Shown in pieces: positions 52,044-61,677 of a stretch of 64,000 nucleotides of DNA; the stretch's first letter is position 1, and each line of letters begins with the position of its first letter. The position numbers and the translations under genes were made by a program. The stretch is from Nitrospirota bacterium. Lineage in GTDB: Bacteria > Nitrospirota > UBA9217. The stretch covers positions 736,001 through 800,000 of the forward strand of contig CAWFSF010000002.1 of assembly GCA_963818475.1 (NCBI GenBank), in the 5' to 3' direction. The notes beneath the pieces are model-generated. The model worked only from the letters and a program-made list of their open reading frames with translations. It was not told the origin of the DNA and searched no databases.

Positions 52044-52760
52044 ATGAACAAGGTTAGACGATTGTCAACAGCGACAGAGCAATTCGGACAAACAGCTGTG
52101 AAGATGTATAAGGGCCCTCTTGGCATTATTGCGCTCTTCATTGTCTTGATTCATGGCTTCGCTAGTATGGTGCTTGGATTCGCAGAGAACATCGGAGAGG
52201 AGAATCGCTCCATTCTAGTCTGGTTTCTGGTGCTGTTTCCCGTGTTTGTCTTCACGGTCTTCGCATGGCTTGTGAGTACTCGTCACCAGAAACTGTATCC
52301 CCCAGGAGCTTTTCGGAATGAGGAGCTTTTCCGCGATCTGGCCTTGCCTTGGGGTGAGTCTGCTTTTGATATGCGGAACTCTTTAGCAAGCCCTCCTGAG
52401 AAAGCCACCTTGATTCCGAGCTATCTGGTGAACAGTGCGACGGGCAATTTGTATTGGCTGGGTCACGATCTCATGTGGACCGCGGACACGCTGCTGCGAC
52501 AAGGCCCGGCGGAACAAGTCATTATCGGACTGGACCAAGCCTTACACCACCTAGTCCACGTGGGACTGGGGGAAACGCCATTCGAACTCGATCTACAGGC
52601 CTTGCGTGCACAAATCCAGTCCTCGAAAGAGCTTTCGGCTTCGCTCCGAGACGAGTATGCAAACAAGATTGGCGCAATCATCGACAGAATAGGAGCGACA
52701 CTGGAAGCGGCGCAGAGCGATTTCCAAGTGCCCCCGCATTGGAATCGCGTTCGAAGCTAG
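52044..52760 (+). CDS. Hypothetical membrane protein
   Basis: AAGGAG RBS; two TM helices, HQKLYPP. Confidence 0.7.
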   Translation: MNKVRRLSTATEQFGQTAVKMYKGPLGIIALFIVLIHGFASMVLGFAENIGEENRSILVWFLVLFPVFVFTVFAWLVSTRHQKLYPPGAFRNEELFRDLALPWGESAFDMRNSLASPPEKATLIPSYLVNSATGNLYWLGHDLMWTADTLLRQGPAEQVIIGLDQALHHLVHVGLGETPFELDLQALRAQIQSSKELSASLRDEYANKIGAIIDRIGATLEAAQSDFQVPPHWNRVRS

Positions 52761-53029
52761 TTGCCATTTGCTGGATAGGGCGAAGGAGGCTAGCGTCGTA
52801 CGGGGACGGCCTCTGCAATCCCCTCATCCTCTCTCCTTCAGTTGCGTGAGCAAAGCAGGGTCCCTTTTCTCGGACATCGGGCGGGTGTTCCTGAACATCT
52901 GTGCAAGGTTCAGCCAACGAGGGTCGGCCATGATCTCCTCCAAGAAAGCGGGGCCTTAGTTGGGGTTATATGTGGGAGGTATATGTTAAGTAAAGAAAGA
53001 GTGGGAGAGAAGGAGGGGAGGGAGGGGGG

Positions 53030-53353
53030 GAGAGGTGACCTCCAGGATAAGCGTGATCTCCGTTGCCTGCTCCTTGCCCTCGGCTAGCGCGAGATGCACG
53101 GCCAGGCTGTGCGGCTGGCTATGGACCGAAATGATCGTTACGGGGTCAAGTACAGCATGCCATTGCCGAGTTTTTATTTCTCGACCTCCCGGGCAACCTC
53201 CTGGACAGTGCCGATGTGTAAGCCCATTGCCGACAGGATTGCCATTCTCGATTCTTTCGAGATGAGGTGTCTCGTCCCGAAGATGTCGTAATACTCGGGT
53301 ATGATGCCGACAAGTTCGGAGAGCTCGGCTATTATCTTATCGTAGTGTTCCAT
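53030..53353 (-). pseudogene. 5' fragment resembling 4-alpha-glucanotransferase
   Basis: ELSELVGIIPEYYDIFGTRH..AILSAMG resembles the MalQ N-terminus; in-frame stop at 53174. Confidence 0.6.
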
Positions 53354-53599
53354 ATAAAGAAAATAGTACCACGTCCTATCAAAATATGCTGACCAGGCGC
53401 GTTGCAAAAAAAGCGCTGCCGCTTCCCCCGGCGCATCCCCTGGGCCTGGGCGGCCTACGGCTGCTTCTCCGTGCTTGCCCGATCCTCGCGATCATGCTTG
53501 CCTTGGCAGGGTACCAATACGTGCTGCTCTGCGGCGCAGCGGCTCCAGGCCATCAAATATTAGCCAAAAATGGTATAATCACCGTCAAAGGAGAAACTT

Positions 53600-54013
53600 A
53601 TGAAAACAACAGCGGGTTTGTGGATTGACCACAAAAAAGCAGTGATCGTGGTGGTTACAGCCAAAGGAGAGGAAATAAAACTGATAATATCAAAGGTTGA
53701 AAAACAGCCCGGACGTTCTGGTGGTGTACGTACTACGGCTCCCTATGAACAGCAAGTTCTGGCAGATGACAGTCTGGAGAGAGTGTTTAGGGGACATCTT
53801 AACGTTTACTATGATGCAGTAATTGCGTGTATTCGTGGCGCAGAGGCTATCCTGATATTTGGTCCAGGTGAGGCAAAGGGCGAATTGAAAAAACGTATCC
53901 AGAGAAGTAAGCTCAGCGGACGCATCGTAGGAATTGAAACTGTTGACAAGATGTCTCATCGTCAAATTTCAGCTAGAGTTCGACAGCACTTTTCAAATAG
54001 AGTTCGGCAATAG
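53600..54013 (+). CDS. Release-factor-like / host-attachment-family small protein (cassette)
   Basis: GLWIDHKKAVIV, ILIFGPGEAK; followed by attC-like site. Confidence 0.7.
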   Translation: MKTTAGLWIDHKKAVIVVVTAKGEEIKLIISKVEKQPGRSGGVRTTAPYEQQVLADDSLERVFRGHLNVYYDAVIACIRGAEAILIFGPGEAKGELKKRIQRSKLSGRIVGIETVDKMSHRQISARVRQHFSNRVRQ

Positions 54014-54027
54014 GATCGAGATAGAAG

Positions 54028-54090
54028 AACCGACGAGGAACTGCAGTGGACGCGAATAGGCCGTGCCGCTGAACGTTCCAGTCGTTGATC
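54028..54090 (+). mobile_element. attC-like site (degenerate)
   Basis: GAC..CAGTGGACGCG..CGTGCCGCTG..GTCGTT imperfect palindrome after a stop codon. Confidence 0.6.
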
Positions 54091-54362
54091 GTCAATGATT
54101 TAAAATCCTCGAAATCGCTCGGCAGTAAGTGTTTATCATAAATCCAAACAGAATCTATCAGAAGTGAAAAATACCGGCTGAAGTATGTAGCGCATTATCC
54201 TTCCTGGACTCGGTATAGATGCATTTCTTTGAAACATATCGCGTTACATTCTGCACTAGTTGGAATTCCTTTAAAATACTCATTGCTGACGATGATATAC
54301 GCTTAAATAAGACGTATAGCTTATCGCCTCTCGCGGTTCTGAAGGTCATCGGAGGAATACTA

Positions 54363-55040
54363 ATGAAACTTATTCTGTCATCTATCGTTGCTTTATCTTT
54401 TTTATGCCTAACCATGGAACTACAAGCACAAGAAAATCATTTATTTTATAATTGTATTAAAGATGCATATAGGGACTCAAATTTAAACTATAATTTAAAA
54501 AGTAGAACGCACATTGTATAGTAAGAGGCCAAAACCACAAGATTCACTTGATCAGAGCGGCCTGAATGCGGAAATTCCCACTCCAAAAAACAAAGAAGAA
54601 GAACTAATCCAAAGACAAACCATTGAAGCTTTGTACCGCCAATTTTTTAGAAACGTTAAAGCAGGAAAACAATATTATCCTATCAGTGAGATAAAAAAAC
54701 TGTATGGTATGACACCGGAAGCACGTATAGGTGTTTCTTCGGGAGGATACTACCGATTATTTGTTGCATACTGGACATTAAAGGCTAAGTTAAGGGAATA
54801 TCAAGAAACAAATATTGAAAAGAATGGATACGCTAATATTTACTATGTTGACAATTTACTCTTTTTTGTAGAGTCAACCTTGGCTGGAGCTTTTTTCCCA
54901 ACTCTGGTCCTGCGCAGATTCCTGAGTCTTTACGCCGTCAAGGAATTCAACAGATGTTAAATGCCTTTGCCCCGAATATGACAATAAAGGAACTCTATGA
55001 AGGGGCAGATGCTCAAAAGGCTAGATGGCCGGTTCTAAAA
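54363..55040 (+). pseudogene. AT-rich hypothetical exported protein, frameshifted cassette
   Basis: GGAGG RBS, MKLILSS signal; overlapping ORFs ending 54521 and 54960. Confidence 0.5.
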
Positions 55041-55224
55041 TAATAAGCAGATAACCAATTACTACACTGAATGCAGTGAGTGCATCATTGAGTCTGTAGA
55101 ATAAATCATTTTGGACGAAATAAGCCTTAAGAACATCAAATACTTATGAACCACAAAAATGTGAATCTTGGGCTTTTTCTGCAGACTCGTTGGGCAACAC
55201 TCACGCTCACGAAAGGATAACCGT

Positions 55225-55422
55225 ATGTCTTTGCCGCAAGACTTCTGGGAACAACTACCAGAGAGGACGGATGAGGAATTGTATGGCATGCTTGCTCACC
55301 CAGACGACTACCGGCCAGAAGCTCTCGAAGCGGCGAAAGAGGAGCTTCGTAAACGCAATCTCGCGCCGGTGCGGACGGCCCAGCTTGAAGCCGTTGCTCA
55401 GTCACAAAAGACAGTGAGGTAG
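55225..55422 (+). CDS. Short hypothetical cassette ORF or fragment
   Basis: AAGGA RBS; TDEELY..DYRPEALEAAKEELRKRNL; stop abuts attC. Confidence 0.5.
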   Translation: MSLPQDFWEQLPERTDEELYGMLAHPDDYRPEALEAAKEELRKRNLAPVRTAQLEAVAQSQKTVR

Positions 55423-55424
55423 GG

Positions 55425-55547
55425 GCACAACAAAGTTGGTTTAGCGAACCGCTGCCTATCTTTTTCGTTCGACGCCGGGCAGTAATTTGAGAGTGTATGC
55501 GCTCCACCGTCCCTTTTGGCGGCGGTCGCTCACCCCTATCGTTCTTG
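55425..55547 (+). mobile_element. attC-like site
   Basis: GCACAAC..AGCGAACCGCTGCC ... GGCGGCGGTCGCT..CGTT. Confidence 0.6.
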
Positions 55548-55564
55548 CCGTCGCTTCGCGTCGA

Positions 55565-55679
55565 CAAGAACCCCCGGGTGATCGGCTGAACCGTTCTTTC
55601 TGGAAAACAGCGCGGAGGAGCAACCGGTTCGATACCGCCTTTGCTCCTGCCGGGCAAGCCGATCACCCGGGGGTTAGTG
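55565..55679 (+). mobile_element. attC site
   Basis: AACCCCCGGGTGATCGGC ... GCCGATCACCCGGGGGTTAG. Confidence 0.7.
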
Positions 55680-55913
55680 TTTCATACCGGTGATTCTGGC
55701 TAAAAATGAGGAGGCATGCCAATGGAATTTCGTCACGGTCCCTTTTGGAAGGACTTTTTTTTTATGCTGGCGATTGGCGTGGCTGTCACTATAATCAGAT
55801 CAATATATTAGAGTGCGAGAAAGAAATCGGAGAATGAAAAAGAACACAATTACGTAGGTAAATCAGGAATAGGTCTGACGCTGAGAAATATATTGGAAGA
55901 CTAATTAGCACGC

Positions 55914-56480
55914 ATGAATATGAGAAGAAACCCAAAAGGACAGGAAGGTTTAACCGAGAAGCAAAAAGCACTTTATGATACTATCAAATCCATCGACAAC
56001 GACCATCCTGGTGAATTGATCAGTAATAAGCAAATTACAGAAAAATATCAACGCAGTCACGGTCCACTTAACCTCCTACCGACGGATTTTTGCTATAACT
56101 TAGTAAATGTAGGTCCCGATTTTGTAGCAAAATTTTTGATGAGCGTTGAAAAAGGAATGTTTAGATTTGTTGATTTTCAGTGGCAAGCAAAAGATGATCA
56201 TGTGGATATAACATGGACGCCCAAGGGCAAAGATGTGCCTGAAGAACTGAAGGGGAAATTTTTTTCGGTAGGCATGTACCACAAAGGTGAATATAGCTGG
56301 AACTTTTCGGATCTTACCAGTCAATTCCAACACTCCCCCCGTTACGCAGACTCTATAAAAGTCGATAAAGAAATTAAGGCACAGACAAAACCCTCATCTT
56401 GTGAACAGTGCGGTCATACTGATTTTACATTCGATGGCTTTGAATATTCTTGCGTCAAATGTGGATGGAAAACTATATAG
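55914..56480 (+). CDS. Hypothetical cassette protein with C-terminal zinc ribbon
   Basis: PTDFCYN; CEQCG..CVKCG; AT-rich. Confidence 0.7.
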   Translation: MNMRRNPKGQEGLTEKQKALYDTIKSIDNDHPGELISNKQITEKYQRSHGPLNLLPTDFCYNLVNVGPDFVAKFLMSVEKGMFRFVDFQWQAKDDHVDITWTPKGKDVPEELKGKFFSVGMYHKGEYSWNFSDLTSQFQHSPRYADSIKVDKEIKAQTKPSSCEQCGHTDFTFDGFEYSCVKCGWKTI

Positions 56481-56507
56481 TTAATAGGTATGTCCAAAAA
56501 GATTATG

Positions 56508-56570
56508 TTCTAACGAAAACGTTCGAGAGGGTCGGTCAAGAAACGCCCGCCCCTCAACTCATTGTTATCT
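56508..56570 (+). mobile_element. attC site
   Basis: TTCTAAC..GTTCGAGAGGGTCGG..CCGCCCCTCAAC..GTTAT. Confidence 0.8.
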
Positions 56571-56586
56571 TTGAAAGGAATGGGGC

Positions 56587-57919
56587 TTGCGTCTTCACTA
56601 TTCAGCTTGTGATGATGCAGCAAAGCAAGTGAAACGAAGCGACTACTTAAAAACAATTGAAGGTCAGGTCGGCCTTAGGCGAAAGCGCAGGATGCACAGA
56701 TTGCACTTCATGCTTGATGGTCAGGAACCGCAAAGCAAGAAAGCTATTTCTGAAGCAGAGAAAGAAGCTTTTCAAAATGCCATCCTGAATAAAATGGTAG
56801 AGCGGAAACGCAGGCACTTCAAGGCTCCAGTAGCAATTGAATTCGACTTTTTTCCAACCAAAAATAATCCACCTGCTTTACATACAATGCCAAAAAATTA
56901 TCTCGACCTGCTTGAGGGACCCCGCGCAGGTGTCGCTTCTAAACGCAAACGAATTGTTTTTGAAAATGATAGGCAGGTCAGTTACTTGGCGGCAAAGTAC
57001 CACTTACCCATAGACCAGTCTGGACCAAGCATCTGGTTAAAGGTGGCACCTTACCGGAATTTTGTTGCTGACATTGCATTACTAGACAAGATTCAGCGAG
57101 AGGAGCTGAAATCAGCGTCGGGTGGGCATGTTAATCAAAGACCATCATGGGGTGATCTGCTTGAGAATGACGACGATGCCAGGCAGAACTATGATCCTGT
57201 TGAACAATTGCGGGAGCATGAAAATAATAAACAATTCTGGGTCTCACGTTTCGGCCAGGATGTTTATGAAGCATGGCGTGAGATGCATATGCGGGACGTT
57301 CAGGATCAACTTTTAAAAACACTTGCATTGACTCCTGGCAAATTTATCAGCTTATTGTCACCTCTTTTTTCCGAACAACCGCCGGAACTTGAGAGGATGC
57401 ATGGGATAGACTGAACTCGATCAAGTGAACCTTTTGCTATTGATTTGAAGCATTCAAATCTTGCAGAAGGTGAATCGTCACAGTACAAGGCTTTCGTAAA
57501 ACGCACAATGGCTTCCTATAGAGAAAAACACAGCGGCCTGTTTCCGCTAATAGCTCAAGTTGGCATAACAATACTTTTCAGCCACCCGCAACGGGCGGCA
57601 TCGATCTCGACAATCTCGCTCGAAGAATTGTACCCTTTGTAAACGAAGAGTTAAAGCCGCCAGCAGTCTCCTAATGACCGTTAATTCTGACCGATGTACA
57701 GATTCCAATCTGAGGCAGTGGTATCAGGAAAAGCAGAGCGCGATTAAGAAAATGCCCAAGCACTCGATCACCCATTACCAAGTTGTTCAACTGCCACGTC
57801 TCACCACTGATAGTCAGAATGGTTTTGTTCGACTCATTTTAGAGCCAGGTGAACACGTCGAGAGCCTCTGGAGCAAAGTAGAGAACTTGGCAGATAAGTG
57901 GCTGGACAATTTCACTTGA
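56587..57919 (+). pseudogene. Hypothetical cassette protein, interrupted
   Basis: Consecutive ORFs 56587-57414, 57445-57642, 57674-57919. Confidence 0.55.
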
Positions 57920-58014
57920 TAATTCACTTGATAGTAGACAAAATAATTCAGTTTTTTCAATGTTGATAACTTGGAGTGGAAGGATTGGCAGAACCAAGTA
58001 GAACCCGACAATAA

Positions 58015-58074
58015 TTCTAACCATTCGGCTTGAGAGGGTCGCGAAAACCGCGTCCCTCAGCTGTGCCGTTCTTC
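58015..58074 (+). mobile_element. attC site
   Basis: TTCTAAC..GGCTTGAGAGGGTCGCG-AAAAC-CGCGTCCCTCAGCT..GTT. Confidence 0.78.
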
Positions 58075-58122
58075 ATGTTTCAAGCCGGAACTCTTATTCC
58101 GCCATTCTATCGCGTAGGGGAC

Positions 58123-58198
58123 CTTGGGGACGTTGTTACTTAGCTTGCATAACTGAGTTCTATACACTGAAAGCAATGTAAGTAACAACGTCCCCAAG
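58123..58198. repeat. Perfect 20-bp inverted repeat (REP-like)
   Basis: CTTGGGGACGTTGTTACTTA ... TAAGTAACAACGTCCCCAAG. Confidence 0.9.
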
Positions 58199-58310
58199 TC
58201 TCCGAAAATATTTGGTCAACAAAATTCAGCGACAAATAGACCGAATAATAAGAACAGGTGAATGGTTGTCAAAAATAAATCAACCACCTGATTAGCACTA
58301 GTGGGTTTGC

Positions 58311-58369
58311 TAATAACCAGCGGCTCAAGACCGACGCGCAGAAACGCGCGTCTTAGCCGCGCGTTCATG
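58311..58369 (+). mobile_element. attC site
   Basis: ATAAC..GCGGCTCAAGACCGACGCG..CGCGCGTCTTAGCCGC..GTT. Confidence 0.78.
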
Positions 58370-58645
58370 TGCAATTTACAACCTGTAGTTGTTGGTTGTT
58401 TCGCTTAATGGAAATTACAACCTTGTGCTGTTTGGATCGACGAGGCTAGCGAGAAAGCGGTGAATACCGTTTGAAGTGTACAGTCGAAAGTCCATCCTGT
58501 TCCTTTTGTATAGAGGTTGGTAAAATTCTTGTGGAGTACAAACTGAACTTAGCAAAGAGGGGACCGCTGCTAAGCGGCTCACACGTGCGCTAGACACTGA
58601 TCTCCGGAGCATGGCAACGGTCGTAAATTGTGGGAGGAAAGAGCA

Positions 58646-59077
58646 ATGAATACAAAAGAGACGCTCGATTACGGATGGCGTTGGTTCGAGTACCACGCGG
58701 GGCAGAGAATGGCTGCGTTTCGATTCTTCCTTATTCTGTTAGCAGCTCTTGTGCTGGGTGTTACAACTGCGTTCAAAGATGGAGAATTCCATCTAATGTC
58801 GACGCTCGCAGCGTTTGGATCTTTCATATCCTTCGCCTTTCTGATGCTAGAAATTCGAAACGAAAACTTGGTCAATATAGGGCGGAAAGCCTTGATCCAT
58901 ATCGAGGCTTCTGACGAATCTCTTAAATCAACTCCGATACTCCAGCTATTCCACATTGACCAAAAGCGGAAATTTTTTATAAGCCACAAGTGCTGGTTTA
59001 GGGTGATCTATTTGGTGTGCATAGTGCTTTTCTTATTAATTGCTGTAGACCCGGCAATCGTTATCTCGCCGCGGTGA
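58646..59077 (+). CDS. Small membrane protein (cassette)
   Basis: GGAGG RBS; WFEYHAGQRMAAFRFF, three hydrophobic segments. Confidence 0.75.
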   Translation: MNTKETLDYGWRWFEYHAGQRMAAFRFFLILLAALVLGVTTAFKDGEFHLMSTLAAFGSFISFAFLMLEIRNENLVNIGRKALIHIEASDESLKSTPILQLFHIDQKRKFFISHKCWFRVIYLVCIVLFLLIAVDPAIVISPR

Positions 59078-59155
59078 AGCCAGCGAACTGTACCGTGCGG
59101 CTGACATGTTTAGAGCCCATCACCCGTATCAACTATGCGGAGAAGATGTGGATTC

Positions 59156-59439
59156 AAGTGAACACGCCGAAGAGGGAAAATCTTGCCTGGCGAGGCGAAA
59201 GGTCCTTTTCCCGTGACCCGTCTTAGTGCGTGTGTTTTGCAAAGATCTCTTCGAGCCCGATGTACTGGTCGAATGTCTCTCTCATTTCGGCCGCCAGATC
59301 AGCCGAAGACAACAGGCCTACTACTTTTCCGCTCTCCGTCACCGGCAGCCTGTGGATATGAGCCTTGTTCATCACTCTCAGGGCGGTCTCAACATCTGCA
59401 TCGGAATTGATCGTTACAGGGTTCGGTCATGACGTCGCG
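59156..59439. repeat. Direct copy of 60932-61218 (3' half of CBS gene plus flank)
   Basis: Near-identical sequence with scattered substitutions and small indels. Confidence 0.92.
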
Positions 59440-59695
59440 AAAATATAAATCCTTCATACTGTCGATGGTTGAGGGCATCAAGACAGACTCTAAGTGCAGT
59501 GAACCGTAAACAATCTAACTTTGCGGCCAAGCGGACGCCATGTTACAGTCTTCCGGATGTACCCGGCATCACCACACAATATAGAAAGATCGGTGTGAGA
59601 TGCAGGCTCGGCTGCTTTGCATGAAGAGCTGGTGAGAAAGGAGCAAAATTATGAAAAGACAATCGGCAGTCGATCAAAAAGGCGGCGCTCGTTAT

Positions 59696-60400
59696 ATGAA
59701 GAGCCTATTGACATTTCTGATCGTTATGATCTTTCTTGTTCTTACCGGGTGCGCTACGATGACGGGCGCCGATTTTGTGAAGCCCATCGCGCTTAATGAT
59801 AAAACAAATGCGCTGGATCTCCAGAAGGAGTCCGTAGCCCTCTTAACGCTAAAGACTTCGAATCAGTACAAGCCGGGATACCAGCCGGATGTGTGGGGAA
59901 TTTACGTTCTCACTAACGATGGAAAAGAGAAAAAAGAAATTTACAGATTCGGCCCCAAAGTTTATAGCTTAACACCATATGACAAAGTTAAGAAGGAGTT
60001 CAATGAATATCTGGTCAGCATTAGTCTTCCTGCCGGAAAATATAAGCTGAGACATATAAACGGCACGGGCGGAGTTGTTCCTGTCCGCGGGAACTTTGTC
60101 ATTCCTGTGTACTCCGATTTCGATCTAGCGCCGAACAAAGTAATTTACCTGGGCAGGATCGAGGCAACGCTTAGAGAGAGAAAGAGCGACGACGAGTTGA
60201 GAGCGGGTCTTGCAATGCCGCTCATTGATCAGGCGGCGTCGGGTTTTTACTCAGGGACGTTCGATATCAACATCTACGATAATTATGAAAAGGACGTTTC
60301 CCTGTTTAAGAAGGAGTATCCTATACTCAATAGCTTTACCATTGAGAAGCTTGTCCTCTCTCCCTGGAAGAAACCGACGGAAGAAGAGTTGAAGAATTAG
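59696..60400 (+). CDS. Hypothetical lipoprotein
   Basis: LTGC lipobox; LPAGKY, VIYLGRI. Confidence 0.78.
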   Translation: MKSLLTFLIVMIFLVLTGCATMTGADFVKPIALNDKTNALDLQKESVALLTLKTSNQYKPGYQPDVWGIYVLTNDGKEKKEIYRFGPKVYSLTPYDKVKKEFNEYLVSISLPAGKYKLRHINGTGGVVPVRGNFVIPVYSDFDLAPNKVIYLGRIEATLRERKSDDELRAGLAMPLIDQAASGFYSGTFDINIYDNYEKDVSLFKKEYPILNSFTIEKLVLSPWKKPTEEELKN

Positions 60401-60998
60401 GGGAGCCAGCTTTTTCCCGTCCCACCAATCTGCTTTGAGAAGGGATTTACTCGGGACTATGAGCTGTGGTTTTTTTGGGATAGGTAAAAATGCGAAGAGA
60501 GAATATTTTCACCCATTTAAAGGGCACCGTCAAGCGAAAAAAGCTATTACCCCAAAGTTCCCTTAAAAGCCAACCTCTTCGCTCTCTAAAAACGCTTTTC
60601 TGAACCACAAGTTGAGTGCGTAAATCAATGTTTATTTTTCGGCCCATAATGTCTCTTGCCTTTTTTGAATTTGTGATAACGTTTCTGTAAACCAGAGAGT
60701 TTGTCTGTGACGCTCCTCGCCCGCGGCACCCCGCGCCTCAAGCCTGAAGTCTGCGAAGGATCTCTTCCAGCACTGCGACCTTGTCGTTCCGGTCCTTCAA
60801 ATCCCTGGCAACTACGACGAGCGAGGCGGTGTTGGCGTCCTCGACCACGAGAACCTTCCCCTCCCTTAATTCCCAAGTATGTGACATGGCTGCCACCTCC
60901 TTCGCACGCAACCAATCCGCCCCCAACCTTTAAGTGAACACGACGAAGAGGGAAAATCGTGCCTGGCGAGGCGAAAGGTCCTTTTCCCGTGACCTGTC

Positions 60999-61425
60999 TT
61001 AGTGCGTGTGTTTTGCAAAGATCTCTTCGAGCCCGATGTACTGGTCGAATGTCTCTCTCATTTCGGCCGCCAAATCAGCCGAAGACAACAGGCCTACCAG
61101 TTTTCCGCTCTCCGTCACTGGCAGCCTGTGGATATGCGCCTTGTTCATCACTCTCAGGGCGGATCTCAACGTCTGCATCGGAATTGATCGTTATAGGGTC
61201 TGCGGTCATGACGTCGCGGACGCTGATCGTTCTTGGATCTTTCGTGTCTGCGGCAACCGTCATGGCAATGTCCCTATCGGTCAGGATCCCTTTCAGTTTC
61301 CAACCCTCCTCAACAACGAGAACCGATCCGACATGATGCTCTTTCATCTTCACCGCTGCGTCGAACATGGTAGAAGAGGGGAGGATCGTGATAAGGTCCT
61401 TCTGCATGAGTTGTCTCGCTAGCAT
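60999..61425 (-). CDS. CBS-domain protein with a +1 frameshift near 61162
   Basis: AAGGAGG RBS; HHVGSVLV, GILTDRDI; continues in another frame as HRLPV..GLLSSADL; span is 427 nt. Confidence 0.82.
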
Positions 61426-61473
61426 GGCGCCCTCCTTTCTTCGGGCTGTGGCCTCGCCAGGAATCCTTAAAAC

Positions 61474-61582
61474 GAAAAGCCGGACTTGCCGATACATGTT
61501 CCTTCGGCAGCCCGGCTGTCTTCTTCTCAAGACCCGTCGCTTTCCGCGCCCTTCTCGCGAAGGGTTCGGCTTTATCGGGAAT
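61474..61582 (-). ncRNA. c-di-GMP-I riboswitch with overlapping terminator
   Basis: GATAAAGCCGAACCCTTC-GCGA-GAAGGGCGCGGAAAGCGACGGGTCT..AGACAGCCGGGCTGCC then hairpin and TTTT. Confidence 0.88.
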
Positions 61583-61677
61583 GGATCATACTTCAAGTAT
61601 GATACCGGTGAACGGTTCTGTCAACGGGGTAATTAGTTGCACTTTCTGACAGACGAATACCGGTGAAGAGAATCGAG

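Noticed and set aside
58291-58314. CIRCE-like TTAGCAC...TGCTAA
   Set aside because: Spacer is 4 nt rather than 9, arms are imperfect and no chaperone gene follows
60447-60926. Short minus-strand ORFs
   Set aside because: No motifs and weak coding evidence
42143-61582. cGAMP-selective riboswitch variants
   Set aside because: Both aptamers have G, not A, before the P2 stem by my manual alignment
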